A stretch of 64,000 nt of DNA, from IMG/VR virus record IMGVR_UViG_3300050187_000003, positions 11,576-75,575 of that record; one strand, given 5' to 3'. Position 1 is the first letter of the stretch. Each line of letters starts with the position of its first letter. This DNA is from a virus. Its lineage: Duplodnaviria > Heunggongvirae > Uroviricota > Caudoviricetes. Position numbers and translations under genes: made by a program. The notes below the pieces were generated by a model. The model was not told the DNA's origin. It did not search any database and saw only the letters and a list, made by a program, of their open reading frames with translations. Shown here one piece after another: positions 62,872 to 64,000 of the stretch.

Positions 62872-63128
62872 CAGTGCCACGCCTCGGTGTACAGCTGGGT
62901 GGCCCACCGGTAGCCGGCGTCGTCGGCGTCTGCAGCTTTCGGGCCGTCCACGTGGGTGTCCCAGCGGTGCGTGCCGGCCCGGTCCCCGCACCACGGCGGA
63001 CCGGGCCGGCACCAGGGGTCAGGCCGGGGCGGGCGTACCGCGGAGCACCTCGTGCTCACACGCCTCGGACACCTCGGCCACCACACCCTCGAACGCGCGG
63101 GCGATCACGTCGGCCGGGCGCGGGCCGG

Positions 63129-63845
63129 TCATGTCGGGTCGATGGGTTCGCCGGTGATCGCTTCGACCACGGCGGCCACCAGGTCGCGGGCGACCGGTGG
63201 GGTGACGGCGTTGCCGAGCATCCGGACCTTGTCCCGAATCGAGGTGCCGAGTAGCACGTAGCCGGGCCGGAACGCCATCCCACCGCGGATCTCGTCGACG
63301 GTGAGCATCCGGAACGTGCAGTCCTGCACCGGCACGCGGGTGCCGATCAGGGCGTCACCGGCTACCGAGGTCTGTGCCGGAAGCGGGTCGGTCAGTGCCC
63401 ATTCGCCGAGGTGCTCCCACTTGAGCACGTCGGTGACGTTCTCCACGACCACCGCCCGATATCGATGGACCTCGGTGAACCTCGGGACGTCCTGCATCAG
63501 CATCCGTGACCGGATCGCGGCCTCATCCGGCAACGGCTCATCGTCGTCGGTGAACATGTCGAGCTGCACCGGTTTGCCGTCGTAGTCGACCTTCCGGCCC
63601 TTGGCCACCGACCAGTTGGTGCACTCCGGGGAGAACCAGGCGATGTCCGTGCGCGGGTGCCGGGCCGGGTCGATGCGCTGGATGTCCTCCCGGTCGTGGT
63701 CGGTGTCCGGGAAGTTCGCCTGATGCGTGTCAATCGCGAGCTGCCAGTGGTTCGACGCCATCACCACCCGCACCCCGGGCACCTGGTGCATGCCCGTCGA
63801 CGACCCGCCGGCGCCGCAGAAGTAGTCCGCCACGGTCAACGTCAT
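63129..63845 (-). CDS. DNA (cytosine-5)-methyltransferase-like protein (compact)
   Basis: Motif I DYFCGAGG, ENV (VVVENV) and motif X-like MLGNAVTPP. The PC catalytic motif is non-canonical (SPECTNW). Confidence 0.5.
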   Translation of the reverse strand: MTLTVADYFCGAGGSSTGMHQVPGVRVVMASNHWQLAIDTHQANFPDTDHDREDIQRIDPARHPRTDIAWFSPECTNWSVAKGRKVDYDGKPVQLDMFTDDDEPLPDEAAIRSRMLMQDVPRFTEVHRYRAVVVENVTDVLKWEHLGEWALTDPLPAQTSVAGDALIGTRVPVQDCTFRMLTVDEIRGGMAFRPGYVLLGTSIRDKVRMLGNAVTPPVARDLVAAVVEAITGEPIDPT

Positions 63846-64000
63846 GCCACACCTTGGTTGCGGGAGCGGTCAACGACCTCGTTGGCGATGGACTCGAAGT
63901 CACGGTTGTAGCCGAAGACGGGCGTTCCGCCTTTCAACCTGACCCCGACAGCGCCAGTCCAGCCGCCGCCGGGGTCCGGTTCGATGCGTCCAAGCACCAC
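63843..64000 (-). CDS. partial CDS (C-terminal end), coupled to the methyltransferase start
   Basis: ...GGGWTGAVGVRLKGGTPVFGYNRDFESIANEVVDRSRNQGVA*. ATGA overlap with the downstream gene. Confidence 0.2.

Overview
High-GC (~70%) actinobacterial-type DNA. About 1.24-56.1 kb of the window is a single siphovirus-like prophage of roughly 54.5 kb. It is transcribed almost entirely from the minus strand, and every gene call is homology-by-eye from the translations with no database searches, so each is inference. Gene order from low to high coordinate runs as follows.

- Lysis and tail (1.3-9.3 kb): a lysis cassette (two small membrane proteins plus an M15-peptidase-like endolysin), minor tail proteins, tape measure, a plus-strand membrane 'moron', tail assembly chaperones with a candidate -1 frameshift, and a major tail protein with an Ig-like C-terminus.
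- Head-tail joining (9.4-13.7 kb): tail terminator and head-tail joining proteins, then a DUF4082-like structural protein with C-terminal tandem repeats.
- Head and packaging (13.7-22.4 kb): major capsid, scaffold, a MuF-like protein fused to a C-terminal ADP-ribosyltransferase-like domain, portal, terminase large and small subunits, an atypical tRNA-like element and a GIY-YIG/HTH protein.
- Early region (22.4-53.3 kb): XRE regulators, a PAPS-reductase-like PP-loop protein, a RecA-like ATPase, DnaB, a replication initiator carrying an internal iteron origin, an orphan Phd/YefM antitoxin on the plus strand, an SPFH/lipoprotein/DnaQ-like exonuclease operon, DnaN, tandem WhiB-like genes, DUF4326, Gp37/Gp68, RusA, ASCH, HNH, a Cas4-like exonuclease module, and a TGT/DpdA-like protein.
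- Lysogeny end (53.4-55.7 kb): a divergent cI-like/Cro-like switch and a large serine integrase.

The left flank (1-1240) looks host-like: a secreted-protein N-terminus, a mini GntR-type HTH with GT-N-AC repeats, and a bidirectional terminator. The right flank (56.2-64 kb) holds a nucleotidyltransferase with a small partner, an N-terminally truncated tyrosine recombinase, paired palindromic 16-mers, and the start of a second integrative-element-like module (DnaG-like primase, P-loop helicase, XRE regulators, C5-methyltransferase-like gene).

Many long ORFs in the track are alternate-frame artefacts of high GC. My manual base indexing disagreed with the ORF track by 1 nt in places, so treat coordinates as +/-1-3 nt.
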